Assembly: GCA_025201805.1 (NCBI GenBank)
Contig: MU619247.1
Coordinates: 83,313-122,446 of the forward strand
Source of the DNA: Parasitella parasitica NRRL 2501
Taxonomy: Eukaryota; Fungi; Mucoromycota
Direction of reading: 5' to 3'
DNA: 39,134 bases
The notes below the pieces were generated by a model. That model searched no databases. It was given only the letters and a program-made list of their open reading frames with translations, and was not told the origin of the DNA. Both the position numbers and the translations under genes were made by a program. Of the stretch, positions 1 through 11,900 are shown piece after piece; positions within the stretch are counted from its first letter, which is position 1; the number at the start of each line of letters is the position of its first letter.

Positions 1-662
1 TAGGGGTATTCAAATAGCAAAAAAAAATTAAATAAAAAAAAAATAACTAAAATGTTTCAGCCAATAGATTCGATATACAAGTGAATACCCCATTTTAATA
101 AAAATTTGATGATTTTAATTAAAAATTTAAAAACAAGGAAGGAGCTTTCAAAATTGAGTAAATCTTTAAAGCGTCGGGAGACTGATTCACTTCCTCACCA
201 TACATGGTGCCACCATGTTGTTTGGTTGGCTAGGTGGAGACATGCTGACGGTAAGGCGTTGCAACTCACTGGCAGCATCATTGCTGGTATGGTGGTAGCC
301 TAATTTGGTTCTGTAAATGCCACGCACAGGACAGTGCCGGTCATGTCAGCAAGGATTCTCTAGTTGCTGATTGAGCAACACCCTGCTGCCCACGTTTTAT
401 GGAAGCAGAGTGGAGAGGGCAGGACAAACGAGGATCCTAGTCTTGACAACAACCTTTTCGTGATTAGATGTATACGGGTGTTCTGGCCAATCATACATAT
501 TGTTTTTATTTTAATTTAATTGAAGATTTTAAGAAGAAGCAAAACGGTCTTCTTAAAAAAAGCGAAAAATAAAAAAAATAATTAAAATTTACCCAATAAA
601 ATTGCTCAATTTTTTTTTATTTAATTTAATTTTTTTATCATTTTGCTATTTGAATACCCCTA
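1..662. mobile_element. Non-autonomous TIR DNA transposon (MITE-like; hAT-like TAGGG termini, or GGGG termini with a TA target duplication)
   Basis: Perfect 22-bp inverted repeat: TAGGGGTATTCAAATAGCAAAA (1-22) and TTTTGCTATTTGAATACCCCTA (641-662), extended imperfectly by A/T-rich subterminal sequence. No transposase ORF inside. The left flank is outside the window, so the TSD cannot be determined. Confidence 0.85.
171..471 (+). ncRNA. Candidate structured RNA of unknown class inside the TIR element
   Basis: GC-richer island with nested helices: 182-190/460-467, 196-203/287-294 (perfect 8 bp), 225-233/269-276, 344-349/443-448, 352-360/430-438, 363-368/374-379, 386-391/417-422. Many G-U pairs favour the + strand. 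Folded by eye only. Confidence 0.4.
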
Positions 663-1216
663 TTAAATGTATCTTAAAATAATAAAGGTATCTTTTATCT
701 CATATATAACATTTTACATAATTCCCTATAAATCTACTCTAGAACATATATATATCTGCACACGACAGTTTTTCCGATGTTCTCTGTCATGTTCACACAG
801 ACTTTGTGTGTAACATTTTTGGTTATTATGAATATCAATTGAATACAAAAGAATAAACATCATCTTTCTTTTATCACTTACTTTATACTTTATACACTTA
901 TCAAAACAACACAAAAATAACAAATCTCTGCACACGACACTCTCATCACAATAATATAACATATCTCTTTAATGGTAATGTTTGTCCTATTTTGCAGCAT
1001 TAGAGATCAATGGATCAAAATTATTTTATGAATCCTGTATTTATTTCGCAAGGTATCAAATGCAGGTGTGGATGCATTACAGAAAATATCGCTTTGCTTA
1101 TAACAGACTTTTTGCAATATTATTGTATATAGTAAATTCCAATATAGAGTTTATCCATTTGCTTTAAAAAACTCAACCATACGTTTTAAAAAAATGGAAT
1201 ATATTCAATTGCAAAA

Positions 1217-2978
1217 TTAGGCATCTGTTGTGGTTAGTGCAGTCATGCGTTGAATAAGGTCTGTCATTCTATCATCAATGACTTTAATGTTGTTGGTAAT
1301 GGAATCATCATTCTCTTTTAAACTTTTGTTAAGCTATGCAAAAGAATTCAAACGTCAGAACTATAGTTAAAAGTATAGAACAAATCAGTGTATATTTACC
1401 AGGTCGCATGTCGTGGTCAAGCTCTTCAATTCATCTGTCATTCTAGTTTGTTCTTCCGAAATGACTTTGACTGATTGACCAAATGATGCAGCTTCTGTAT
1501 GTAACGTTTGTAAGGCTTTGAGTCTTGTCAACAAAGCAGGTGTTAAATTTAAAAGTGGATCGACTTTTTCAAGGGTTGCAAAAAGTTTGTTTATCTTGTA
1601 AATTGTAAGAAAACTGTATAAATGTCATGTTCCAAAAATGGCTGCTTACCTTCGCATCGTTATCGTTGCTATCCTTGTTGGCTGTTTCACTTCCAGAAGG
1701 GTGATTTTGAGGGTTTATAGCATTAGAAAGTCCAAACCCCAAGCTTGAAGTCTCTTTACGACCAGATCTTAGTTCGCTCAAACGATCAAAATCGCTGTTC
1801 AGAACCTTGACTCTTCTTGCTACCATTTCAAGCTGTCTTGGTTGAGCGAGAACAATAACTTGTTGTTCTATTTTTGATAACGAGTTTACAAGAGAAGTGG
1901 AAGCGAGATTTTGCGGCTAACGTATACGTTTAGCATGCACTGCAAATTATGTTTGGAGATCTGGCTTACCAATTCATCTAAATCTTGTCCAGCGTTGGAT
2001 CCAACAAGCTTTTCTATCTTTGCAATACGCTCATCAATATCTGATAGTTTGCTCTCTTTTTGCATTTTAGCTGTTTCTGGGGTATAAAAAAGTTCATAGG
2101 TAACCATATCATTTTTATCGCTCTTGTCCAATACAGCTACATCATTCTCTTCGTTCTTCTCAGATGTCGTGGAAGGTATGTTTTTGAATGCCTCTAATTG
2201 CTTAATCAATGATTTGGCATCTTCGATAGATTTACCATAATTTGTCTTTTGACTCAAATCATCATCTCCTACTTGCTGGTTCATTCTTACTAGATCTGAT
2301 TGTAGATAAGCGATCTGAGACAGGATATCAGATTGTGAAATGGTTTCTTTCGCATCAGCAGGTTCCTAAAAATATTACGTATTAGCTACCATAAATTATA
2401 TAAACTTTGCTTACTTTTGCTTTTTCCATTTCGTCATTCAACTCCTGGACTTCATACATAAGACGACGCAGTTTCTGCAAGGGAGTCTCATCCAAAGACA
2501 AATTTTTGGGTAGAATTTCGTATTCGTTTGTCTCCATGGCTGGCGGACGTTTTACATAGGTACGATACATGGCTTTTTTTCTACGAGTTAAACGGTCTGA
2601 AAAATCTAATTTGAGTCAATAACGCAATCCAGTTTGTAAAGTATAATTCATATTACCTGTATCAGTAGAATCTACGATACTCCCCTTGAACCTGTTTGCA
2701 GCATCTTTAATGGAAACACGGGATTTTACAACGTTTTCGTTATCATCTTCATCGCTCGACTACAAAGATCCAATCAATTGTCATAGAATAACGTGAATAA
2801 TAGAACATATTATGTACCTGGTTTTCATAGGAAACGTTGGCGACATTGTCTGACGAGTCAGGCGTCTCGTAAACGTCTGGTTGGTCGTCCTGAAGATGAA
2901 ATTTTGAGCCAATTTTGTTGATTTTATTATGGTTTCTTAACTTACAATATCAGGAAGATCTGAATATTTTGAGGACAT
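1217..2978 (-). CDS. DCTN2: Dynactin subunit 2 (dynamitin/p50), multi-exon
   Basis: Spliced product starts MSSKYSDLPDI|DDQPDVYETPD, includes ETPLQKLRRLMYEVQEL, VTYELFYTPE and IDERIAKIEKLVG, and ends DDRMTDLIQRMTALTTTDA*. ATG 2978-2976, TAA 1219-1217, short GT-AG introns. Confidence 0.9.
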
Positions 2979-3090
2979 GATGACTCCAGATAAAATATGA
3001 TAAAAGTAGGGTAAATTCTGATTGAATAGTATTATTTAAAGAGGCTCTACGAGACTCTACACGTGACAGGCATATTACTACTACTCGGAA

Positions 3091-3690
3091 TCAAGGCAAT
3101 ACTCCCTGATTCAGTTGCTTCAGCTTCTTTCTAAGGTATGTGTTTTCTTGCTCTAATTCAAAGAGTTCTCTATTTTTTGATTTTTTTTTTTCAGGTCAGC
3201 GAATACAATTTAGTGTAGGATTGATAATTACAAACAGTTTATAGTGCCTAACTTGCTTTAATTCATGTTTGGCTTGATCTATTACCTTGTTTTGTTTGGC
3301 AATCTTTGCTCTGAGATATTCAACCAAGTTTGTCAAAGCATTAAAGCGAAACTATTCCCAAATATACACATAAATCAATTGTGATAGGATTATTCTTAGA
3401 GTTTTTACTTCAATAATCTTCTCGGCATTACTGAATAAACTCTTGGTAGATGTCAGAAACCCACTGCCGTGCATTGGTACCTTGCTCTTGTTTAGAAACT
3501 ATCCTTCTTTGTCAAGTCAAGCCATTTGTTTTACCTTCTCGCCTATAATTGTAAATTTGCATTTCTTTTTGCAAATAGGACACGATTCTTCATATATATT
3601 AAAGCAATTATATCCACATATTATATGACCACATTCTGCCATGTAATCCCACTCTGATAAGCTTTTTCCACAAAAATCACATCCAAACAT
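3091..3690 (-). CDS. Small C3HC4 RING + coiled-coil protein, RNF212/Zip3-like (4 exons; absent from ORF track)
   Basis: Manual splicing gives MFGCDFCGKSLSEWDYMAECGHIICGYNCFNIYEESCPICKKKCKFTIIGEK|VPMHGSGFLTSTKSLFSNAEKIIE|FRFNALTNLVEYLRAKIAKQNKVIDQAKHELKQVRHYK|LELFELEQENTYLRKKLKQLNQGVLP*. Three GT-AG introns keep the frame. Confidence 0.75.
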
Positions 3691-3821
3691 TCGTTGAAGC
3701 TATTTTAATTAAATAGTAATCTTTGGTAAAGAGAGGGATTTTTTTTTTGGTTAAATCGAATGAGGAGGGGGATATGCAAATTTACAAAAGAGAGAAGATA
3801 AAAAGAAAGAATAAAATAAAT

Positions 3822-4322
3822 CTAGTTGTTGACAGAGTACTTGTAACTACAGAAAAAAGAAAGGTCAGGCAGATCATGCATTTGACAAATATCGTACAAG
3901 CAACTTACCCGCATTTTTTACAGTTATAAAAGACCGTTTGGCCTTCGTCAGCAGAACGCAATTGCATAGTGTGATATTCCATTTCATGATGGCCACAAGA
4001 AGGACATTTTTCTTTGATCTGTTTGCATATTTAACATATAATATTCAACAACGAAAGTAGATGGACTTACAATAGCTCTTGCTTGTTTGTTTTCTTTGCT
4101 CTGCTGAACTAGATGGCGCTTAGATTTCAAAGCTGATTGAAAAGAACGTTCAGAGGAAGTAGTAATGACTTCTGTAGCTTCAACACCTGCTGTTCTAAAG
4201 GCACAGCTACATTGATTACATAATAAAATATCATCATCACCACCAGCCATACCCAAAAGGTTACCGCATTCAGGACAAAAGGTGAGAGAACCGATAATAT
4301 TAGTAGATGCCTCTATTGCCAT
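3822..4322 (-). CDS. RPA12: RNA polymerase I subunit A12.2 (3 exons)
   Basis: N-terminal zinc ribbon GSLTFCPECGNLL...CNQC. C-terminal TFIIS-like ribbon IKEKCPSCGHHEMEYHTMQLRSADEGQTVFYNCKKCG|YKYSVNN*. Confidence 0.93.
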
Positions 4323-4618
4323 GCTGTTTAAATGAAAAAACGGTGATATTTGACAGTTATTTGGAAAAACACAAAATACAAAAAAAAAAAAAAAAACACA
4401 CACACACAGTGGCTTATTGAGATGCGCATAGTTAGGCAGTCATTTGATATAGGTTGGCACATCGATCCACTATAGAAGAAGTGATGAGAGAAGCTTTAAA
4501 TCCTCATGTAGACAGACTAGTGCATTCCAACCTTTAAAATGATTGTTTAATCGTGTTATTCTTGGGGTTAAAACTCTTTAAAATGTAGCGATAATTATCT
4601 TGAACGAAAATTTTATAA

Positions 4619-6891
4619 CTATTCTTCATCGCTCTCCTCTTCCTCTTCGTCCTCAGACTCTTCCTCTGCCTCATCCAACCATTCGATGAATTTGGTAGCC
4701 TTGTCTCTTAATTTAGACTCGGTAAGATTTGCTTTCGATAAATCCGTATTATACCAATTCCTAATTGCTTCTTCTTCCACAATATCAGAATCGTAAAACA
4801 GTTGTAAAGCGCCCAAGAATAATTTGTTCAAATATAGTTGTGATGCACAATGCTTTTGCAAAATTTGTAGAGCATGTAACTGGTCCTCTGGTAAATGTAT
4901 CATTTTTCCAATTAAAGATGCCCATTTAGTCAGCACAGTCTTCAAGCTCTGAACTGGGTTGTCGCGATCAATGTGATTCATAATAATAGGGATCATAACC
5001 TCACGGATATCGGTATAAGAACCATTGCTGGACATACGTAAGCCAGTAATCTCTAATGCGGCGGTATATACAGTGTGGTTTTCATCCAAAGAACGTTCGA
5101 TGGTTTGTGCAATTTCTTTTTTAAACTCTTCAGTCTTACGAGCCATGATATTCTCAATTGCCCAAGACCCATTAAGAGACCCTATGTCTGACTCATCATC
5201 AGATTCTCCAACTTCACTTGCACTATCTGTGATATCCCCATCCTTGAGTACGAGATCTGCCATATCATACGCCAAAGACCCTAGTTTGACATTTCTGATA
5301 TCTATATCGTCATCGTCAGATTGAAGGACCCAGAAATAGACTGGTGGGTGGTCGCCAGTAAGAACTTGTTGGTGGTTTTCTTGGTCATCATCTTCGTCGC
5401 TGCTTTCATCAAACATGCTGTTTCTAGGCTGAGGTAAGAGACTAAGTCTAGAGTATTTCGGAATTTTAGCATTAGGGCCAAGGGTGACACCAACAGAAAT
5501 TAGACAACCTTGAGCAATGGTGGTATTTTCCAAGATGTTGGCATTGTTGGCAATAAAGCTTTTTTTGATCGTACAATTATCACCAATAGAGACGTTATCC
5601 CAGAAAAAAGCACCTTCCAAAACGACATTATCGCCAATTGTACAATTTTTTCCAATGATTGAGTTTCCAATGCGAGTATTTTCTCCAATGCGGGTTCCAG
5701 GACCAATCTGCACATTCTCATCAATTATACACGATCTTGACAAAACGACATTCATAGATTTATAGATATTGCCTCTTGCGAATTCGTAATCATCGCCTGC
5801 TCTCAAGTTAGTCTCGGGAACGATAGGAAAAGCCCATCGGTTGAGGATGTGGTTACTGATGGTACTGTAGAGCTGTTCATTTTGGACACGAGCAACGTAG
5901 GGCTCAAACACAAGGTTGGTGTAGATGGTCTTCCCTAAAATATCAGACGTCAAAATGCCGTGGACGAAATCGCTACGCAAAAGTTGCCAATCAAAGTTTT
6001 CGGTAAACAAAGCTGGTACTTCGACAGAGCAAATATCAAGATACGGATCCACAAGGTCGTTACGGAATTCAATTTGGGGTCGATTCTCAAAAATCTCGGG
6101 TGAAATATCCATGCGATGTTTACGAGGAAGCGAAACAACAGACTCGTAGTAAACGCATTGGTGAGTAGTCGGGTCCAGGACGAACACACTGCTGGAATCC
6201 TTGGGTCTAACATACATATACGTTTAATTCTAATGACAGAATATCGCACGGCAGATACAACCCTACCTGGCAGTGTGAGTGCGAGATGCTTCCTTGAGGA
6301 GCATAGTCATAATGGAATTCTTATCGATCTTTCTACGAGCACGGTGTTCTTCGAGAAGTTTGTCCAGTTTGATGTTGGAGATGAGTTCGCCGGTTGTCAA
6401 AATGAAATCTGTGGTAATCAATTGACGAGCATCGAGTTCTCGAAGAGCATCACCAACCGACATACACTCTGGTGTTGCTACAATTTTAACAGAGAGCCTA
6501 GAGTTGGGCTTCATCCATTCAGATTGTCTATCAAGAACTAGAGTGAGTAAAATGCCTTGAGTATCGAAAAAAGGCGATTCTTACTCAAAATATGCTTTAA
6601 TTGCATCAATATGTGTTGTGCAAACAACAAACACTTCCAAAATATCCACTGTGGCTAATAGTTCCATGGTGTACTCGATCAACGGAATGTTGCAAATAGG
6701 CATCAAGCACTATTTTTTAATAATTAAAACGGCTGATATCAATGATGCTCGCATCAACTTACTCTAGGCATTTCATGAGAGATGGGGAGGAATTGTTCCT
6801 CAAAAGAGTCTGTTAAAATGACAGCTTGGAAAGGTGCTTCTTCCTCTTGGTTGTTTTCGTTGTTGCTGGGCTTCTTTTGCTTGGGAGGCAT
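4619..6891 (-). CDS. GCD6: Translation initiation factor eIF2B epsilon subunit, multi-exon
   Basis: MPPKQKK...FQAVILTDSF, SVGDALRELDARQLITTDFIL, VPALFTENFDWQ motif, hexapeptide left-handed beta-helix (IGPGTRIGENTRIGNSIIGKNCTIG), and W2 domain ending KFIEWLDEAEEESEDEE. Confidence 0.95.
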
Positions 6892-8910
6892 GCTGTCAAT
6901 AGTTCAGTAAAACACACAAAATATTGATATCGCGTTTACCTTGTGAAGAGTGTGCCTCAGTTTTTTTTTTTTTTTTTTTTTTTTCTGGTTTCTTGGTGAC
7001 TCCCTTTACTTTTGGGATGCTTTTGTTGACCATTCGTTAAATGTGCCCTTCTACCTGAAAGAGACCAGATTGCCATCGGTTGATGTATATGGAGAACTTA
7101 AACTGTATATAACTGCAAAATTGGTGCTAGAGATATTTTCAAAATCTGATTTTGTTGTTGAATGATCTCTGAATGACTTTCACACATCTGAAACTCCCCT
7201 TTTCGACAAAAAAAAAATGCCATCATGAGCCATATAGTGTAAAGTGATTAGTGAATATATTGAATATTAAACAGTTCAAATACAAACAAAAAAATTCTTC
7301 AAGGTCAAAGACAGACTTATTTCGCCTTACATTTAATGGCATATGCTATAACCAAATGGCTTATCTAATGCATTTGTACAACAAAAAAAAAATAAGCAAT
7401 GAAAAAATGAACGTTATTTTCCAATTATAATCTCAAGATAATCACGTATACAATAGTCAAAAATGGTCGCTCGAACAATGTCCTCTTTCAGATGCAGATT
7501 ACCCTAATTTTTGATGACAAAATTGCTTCCATCAAATGCGCAACGAACTCTTATATTTTAGCGCAAAATAGCCGAGTACGGCCATTTTTTCATCAAGGAG
7601 TACAAATGCAGGAACCACTTTCAATTTGTCTGACCAGGGTTCATTCGATTCACGTTATCTGTACTATAGAATACAATAGAAAGTGGTTTTCTTAATTTAG
7701 GCAGTTCCTTTGCATCAGGTGTTGTGTCACCTATTAGGAATAACAGGCCTTGCCATCCTGTTGGAGAGATATTTTTGATTTTCGGGTTTCAAGTAACTAT
7801 ACAATCGAGAGTATACCTTACTTTGGTAAGATTACAAGTTCATTGGACTAAGCGCATGCAGCTAATAGGTTTGAAAAGCTAAAATTTCGGCAATAGTCAT
7901 TTGAAATGCTTGGCTTTTTGCCTTGAGAGATCTGCAGTTTACCTTGCAATAACAATTTCATGCGAAGCTCGAGTCTTCCCCTGAATTGGAGTGTAAAAAA
8001 AAAAAAAGCTGGCAAATTGCATAGGCAGAGTAATACGATATTGTTTCAAGTTAATAAAAGAAATCAATTAGGTGGGAACACCCATGACTTGATTCACATA
8101 ACAAGGAAAGCCAAAAACTGACAGTAAAACCAGAAGAATGACATCCCAAGGCCGAGAACTTTCTTTTTTCGTATGGAATCTAATAGATGCTCTTTTTGAC
8201 ATCGGTATTCAAAACTTGCCTTTTGATGGTGAAATACATTGGATCAAGTTCCAGGCAATTGATTAGTACGAAAAATTTATGCCTAAGATCCACCTGGATG
8301 TTTCTAAAAAAGATATTTTTTGTAAGTTAGATGCTCTCAAAGTTTGAATATCGATTTTATTTTGTGCATCAAACTTGAAATTTGTACTACACAATGCTTG
8401 AAAAAGTATAGCCGTGTAACATTCTCACAGATATCGTATTTTCAGATTTTGTAGGTACCCCCAAATATTTGATTTGAAAATACGCTATTGCAAAATAAAC
8501 CCAGTTATGAAAGTTCTTGGTACACACTGCCTTTGGTGAGCATGTACTCAATTTTTCAAATTCATCTGAATCAAACAACTCCATATACATGTTCAAAGAG
8601 TCCCAGGAAGCTCAAATGCAACACAGAATCATGATGTCAATACAAAAAATCATGTATCAATCCAATCAATTTGAAGGTGTAACAACAAGATTGCTGAAAT
8701 CATGATATATTTGGATGTGCCGATGGTTACACCAAATTTGTATCCTTGATATGTGTTTGACCATTCTTCTCTTTTCTCTTTTTCTCTCTACTTTGTTTTT
8801 TTTTGTTTTTATTAATCTTCAACCGGCAAGAACGAGAACTACAAGAAAAAAAGAGCGAACAGAAGAACCGGCATCTAGTTTCTTTTTTTTTTGTTTAATT
8901 TTGCAAAGTT

Positions 8911-11900
8911 ATGAAACGCTCCTCAACTGGCGATTTTACTAAGAATAAGAAATTGTGTTTATCATCCTCGCCTACGCACAGCAACGATAGCAACGACGAC
9001 ATACAGAGCGATAGTGCTAGCAAAAGTAATTTAATGACAGATATCATGGAGCAAGTCAAGGAGATGGTCCTGCATCTTGACAAAGGCGACCTGGACTTTT
9101 GCATTTCGCAATCACCATTAGTAAATAGCGATGAGAACGATGATGATATGTCAATAGCACTGCATCATGCTTTGAGGAATATTGCACAGAAGCAATTAAG
9201 GCTAGAAACAGAGAATAAAAGATACCAAATAGCCATTAAACAGCAACACCACTTGCTGACACAGCACCAGCAACCACACAATCAATCACAAAAAGACGAG
9301 CAAGAACAAGAAGAAAAGGAATCTGTTGTAAATAGTAATAATGGAACTCCCGAAGATTGCATTTCTTCTTTTCGACGATCACCAATGTTGGAAAAACTGC
9401 AATTAGCTCCAACAACTGGTAAATCGATGTTTTGCTCTATCTTTTTCTAATTTAACATTAACATGATCATTAAAAAAAAAACAAAAAAAAAACAAAAAAA
9501 AAACAAAACAAAACAAAAAAAGATAAAATGAAGACTCAAAATGACAATAGCACCTGTCAAAACTGCGTAAATCAAGCAGTTCAAGTTGCAAGAGCTGTAC
9601 ATAAAGGTGTGTTAGATCAACGCATTACTTGCACCCACTCCTCGCAAAATGCCTTGAAAAATGCAGTCAATTCGATGGCAGATCAATTACAACGTATCAC
9701 TAATAACGTACTGAAAGTTGCTCAAGAGACAGCTGTAGAAGGCAAACTAGGCGTTCAAGCAGAATGCGATGATAATATGGAAGGCGTTTGGCGTGATTTC
9801 ATTTTAAACTTGAACAGCATGACGAGAAGCCATTTGGAGCAAGTGAGAGATATTGCAGATGTATCGACCGCTATTGCAAGAGGCGACCTTAGCAAAACAA
9901 TGACAGTTCCTGTTTACGGCGAAACCTTGATCTTAAAAAACACATTCAACACTATGGTCAACCATCTAAATTTTTTTGCGTCTGAAGTTACCAGAGTCGC
10001 TCATGAAGTTGGCACAGAAGGAAAGCTTGGAGCGCAAGCCAAAGTGGCTGGCGTTGATGGCATTTGGAAGGAACTGACAGACAACGTCAACACCATGGCA
10101 ACCAATTTAACAAATCAAGTCAGAGACATTGCGCATGTTTCGAAAGCTGTTGCTAGGGGTGATCTTTCAAAGAAAGTTAAAGTAGAAGTCAAAGGCGAAA
10201 TGCTGGATTTGAAGAATACGATTAATACTATGGTGGACCAGGTAAATGAAAAGGTCATAACCAACTATAATTCAATCACTAAATTAAGGCTATGAGTCAA
10301 GTTGTCTACGTTTGCAGTCGAAGTGACGCGTGTATCGCTGGAGGTTGGAACTGAAGGCAAATTAGGTGGCCAAGCTGTTGTGAAAGATGTTGGAGGCACG
10401 TGGAAAGATTTGACAGATAACGTAAACATGATGGCGTTGAAGATCACCAGTCAAGTGCGAGATATTGCAGCTGTTGCAAAAGCTGTGGCCGAGGGCGATC
10501 TAACCAAAAAAGTAAAAGCAAATGCTCAAGGCGAAGTTTTGGAATTGAAAAATACAATGAATCAAATGGTAAGAAGGTCTACCATCAATCCAATAACTAA
10601 AGTTTAATCGTTTATCGTAATTGTACAGGTTGATCAGCTAACAAACTTTTCGGCCGAAGTGAGGAGAGTCTCATTGGAAGTGGGTGTTGAGGGCAAGCTA
10701 GGCGGACAAGCCGTAGTCAAAGACGTCGGAGGTGCCTGGAAAGACCTGACGGATAATGTCAATACAATGGCCGCTAATCTCACCACTCAAGTACGATCTA
10801 TCGCAGAAGTAACAACGGCTGTCGCTAAAGGTGATCTCTCCAAAAAGATTGCTGTAGAGACCCGAGGCGAAATCTGGGATTTGAAGAACACAGTAAATAA
10901 TATGGTGGATCAACTTCGTGTGTTTTCAACAGAAGTAACCCGCGTAGCCAAGGAAGTGGGTACGGAAGGAAAATTGGGCGGACAAGCCCGAGTACCGAGT
11001 GTTGATGGTACCTGGCGTGTCCTCACTGATAATGTCAATACTATGGCCTCAAATTTAACAACCCAAGTGCGCTCTATCGCTGTTGTTACCAAGGCTGTTG
11101 CTAATGGTGATTTGTCCAAAAAGATCGAAGTTGAATCAGGCGGCGAAATCTCGGAGCTCAAGAACATTGTGAACGATATGGTTGATCAACTGAGGGTGTT
11201 TGCATCTGAAGTGACCCGTGTTGCTCGTGAGGTTGGTACTGACGGTAAATTAGGCGGCGAAGCTGTTGTTCCAAAGGTCAGCGGAACCTGGAAAGATCTG
11301 ACAGACAACGTCAATACTATGGCTGCTAATTTAACGACGCAAGTTCGATCAATTGCACTGGTTACAAAAGCGGTTGCAAAGGGCGACCTGTCAAAGAAGA
11401 TTCATGTTGAAACGAGAGGCGAAATACTAGATCTCAAGAATACCGTCAATAGCATGGTGGATCAACTTAATGTATTTGCAGCAGAGGTCACGCGTGTGGC
11501 TAAAGAAGTAGGCACTGAGGGTAAACTTGGCGGCCAAGCTCTGGTCCCTAATGTAGATGGCACATGGATGGATCTAACAGATAATGTCAACCAAATGGCT
11601 GCTAATCTCACCAATCAAGTCCGTTCCATCGCCGAGGTTACCAAAGCCGTTGCTTTGGGCGATCTTTCCAAAAAGATTGAGGTTGAGTCAGGCGGTGAGA
11701 TCTCAGAGCTTAAGAACACTGTAAATGACATGGTGGATCAATTGAGAGTGTTTGCTTCTGAAGTAACGCGTGTGTCGAAAGAGGTGGGCACTGAAGGCAA
11801 ACTAGGCGGCCAGGCAGTTGTTCAAGGGGTGGCTGGCACATGGCACGAATTAACCGACAATGTCAACATCATGGCTGCAAATCTCACGAATCAGGTCCGC

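Noticed and set aside
106-303. 65-aa ORF inside the TIR element
   Set aside because: TTG start, no recognisable motif, and it spans the AT/GC boundary.
363-430. Hammerhead ribozyme core (CTGATTGAG...GACAAAC)
   Set aside because: Does not match CUGANGA/GAAA, and the first motif sits within a hairpin.
755-939. 13-bp direct repeat TCTGCACACGACA (755-767, 927-939)
   Set aside because: Only two copies and no element structure between them; cannot be interpreted from this window.
4481-4560. C/D snoRNA (GTGATGA box C-like)
   Set aside because: No downstream CTGA box D or terminal stem.
7492-8705. Short ORFs and intron-like signals between eIF2B-epsilon and the kinase
   Set aside because: No consistent spliced reading frame or recognisable motif could be assembled.
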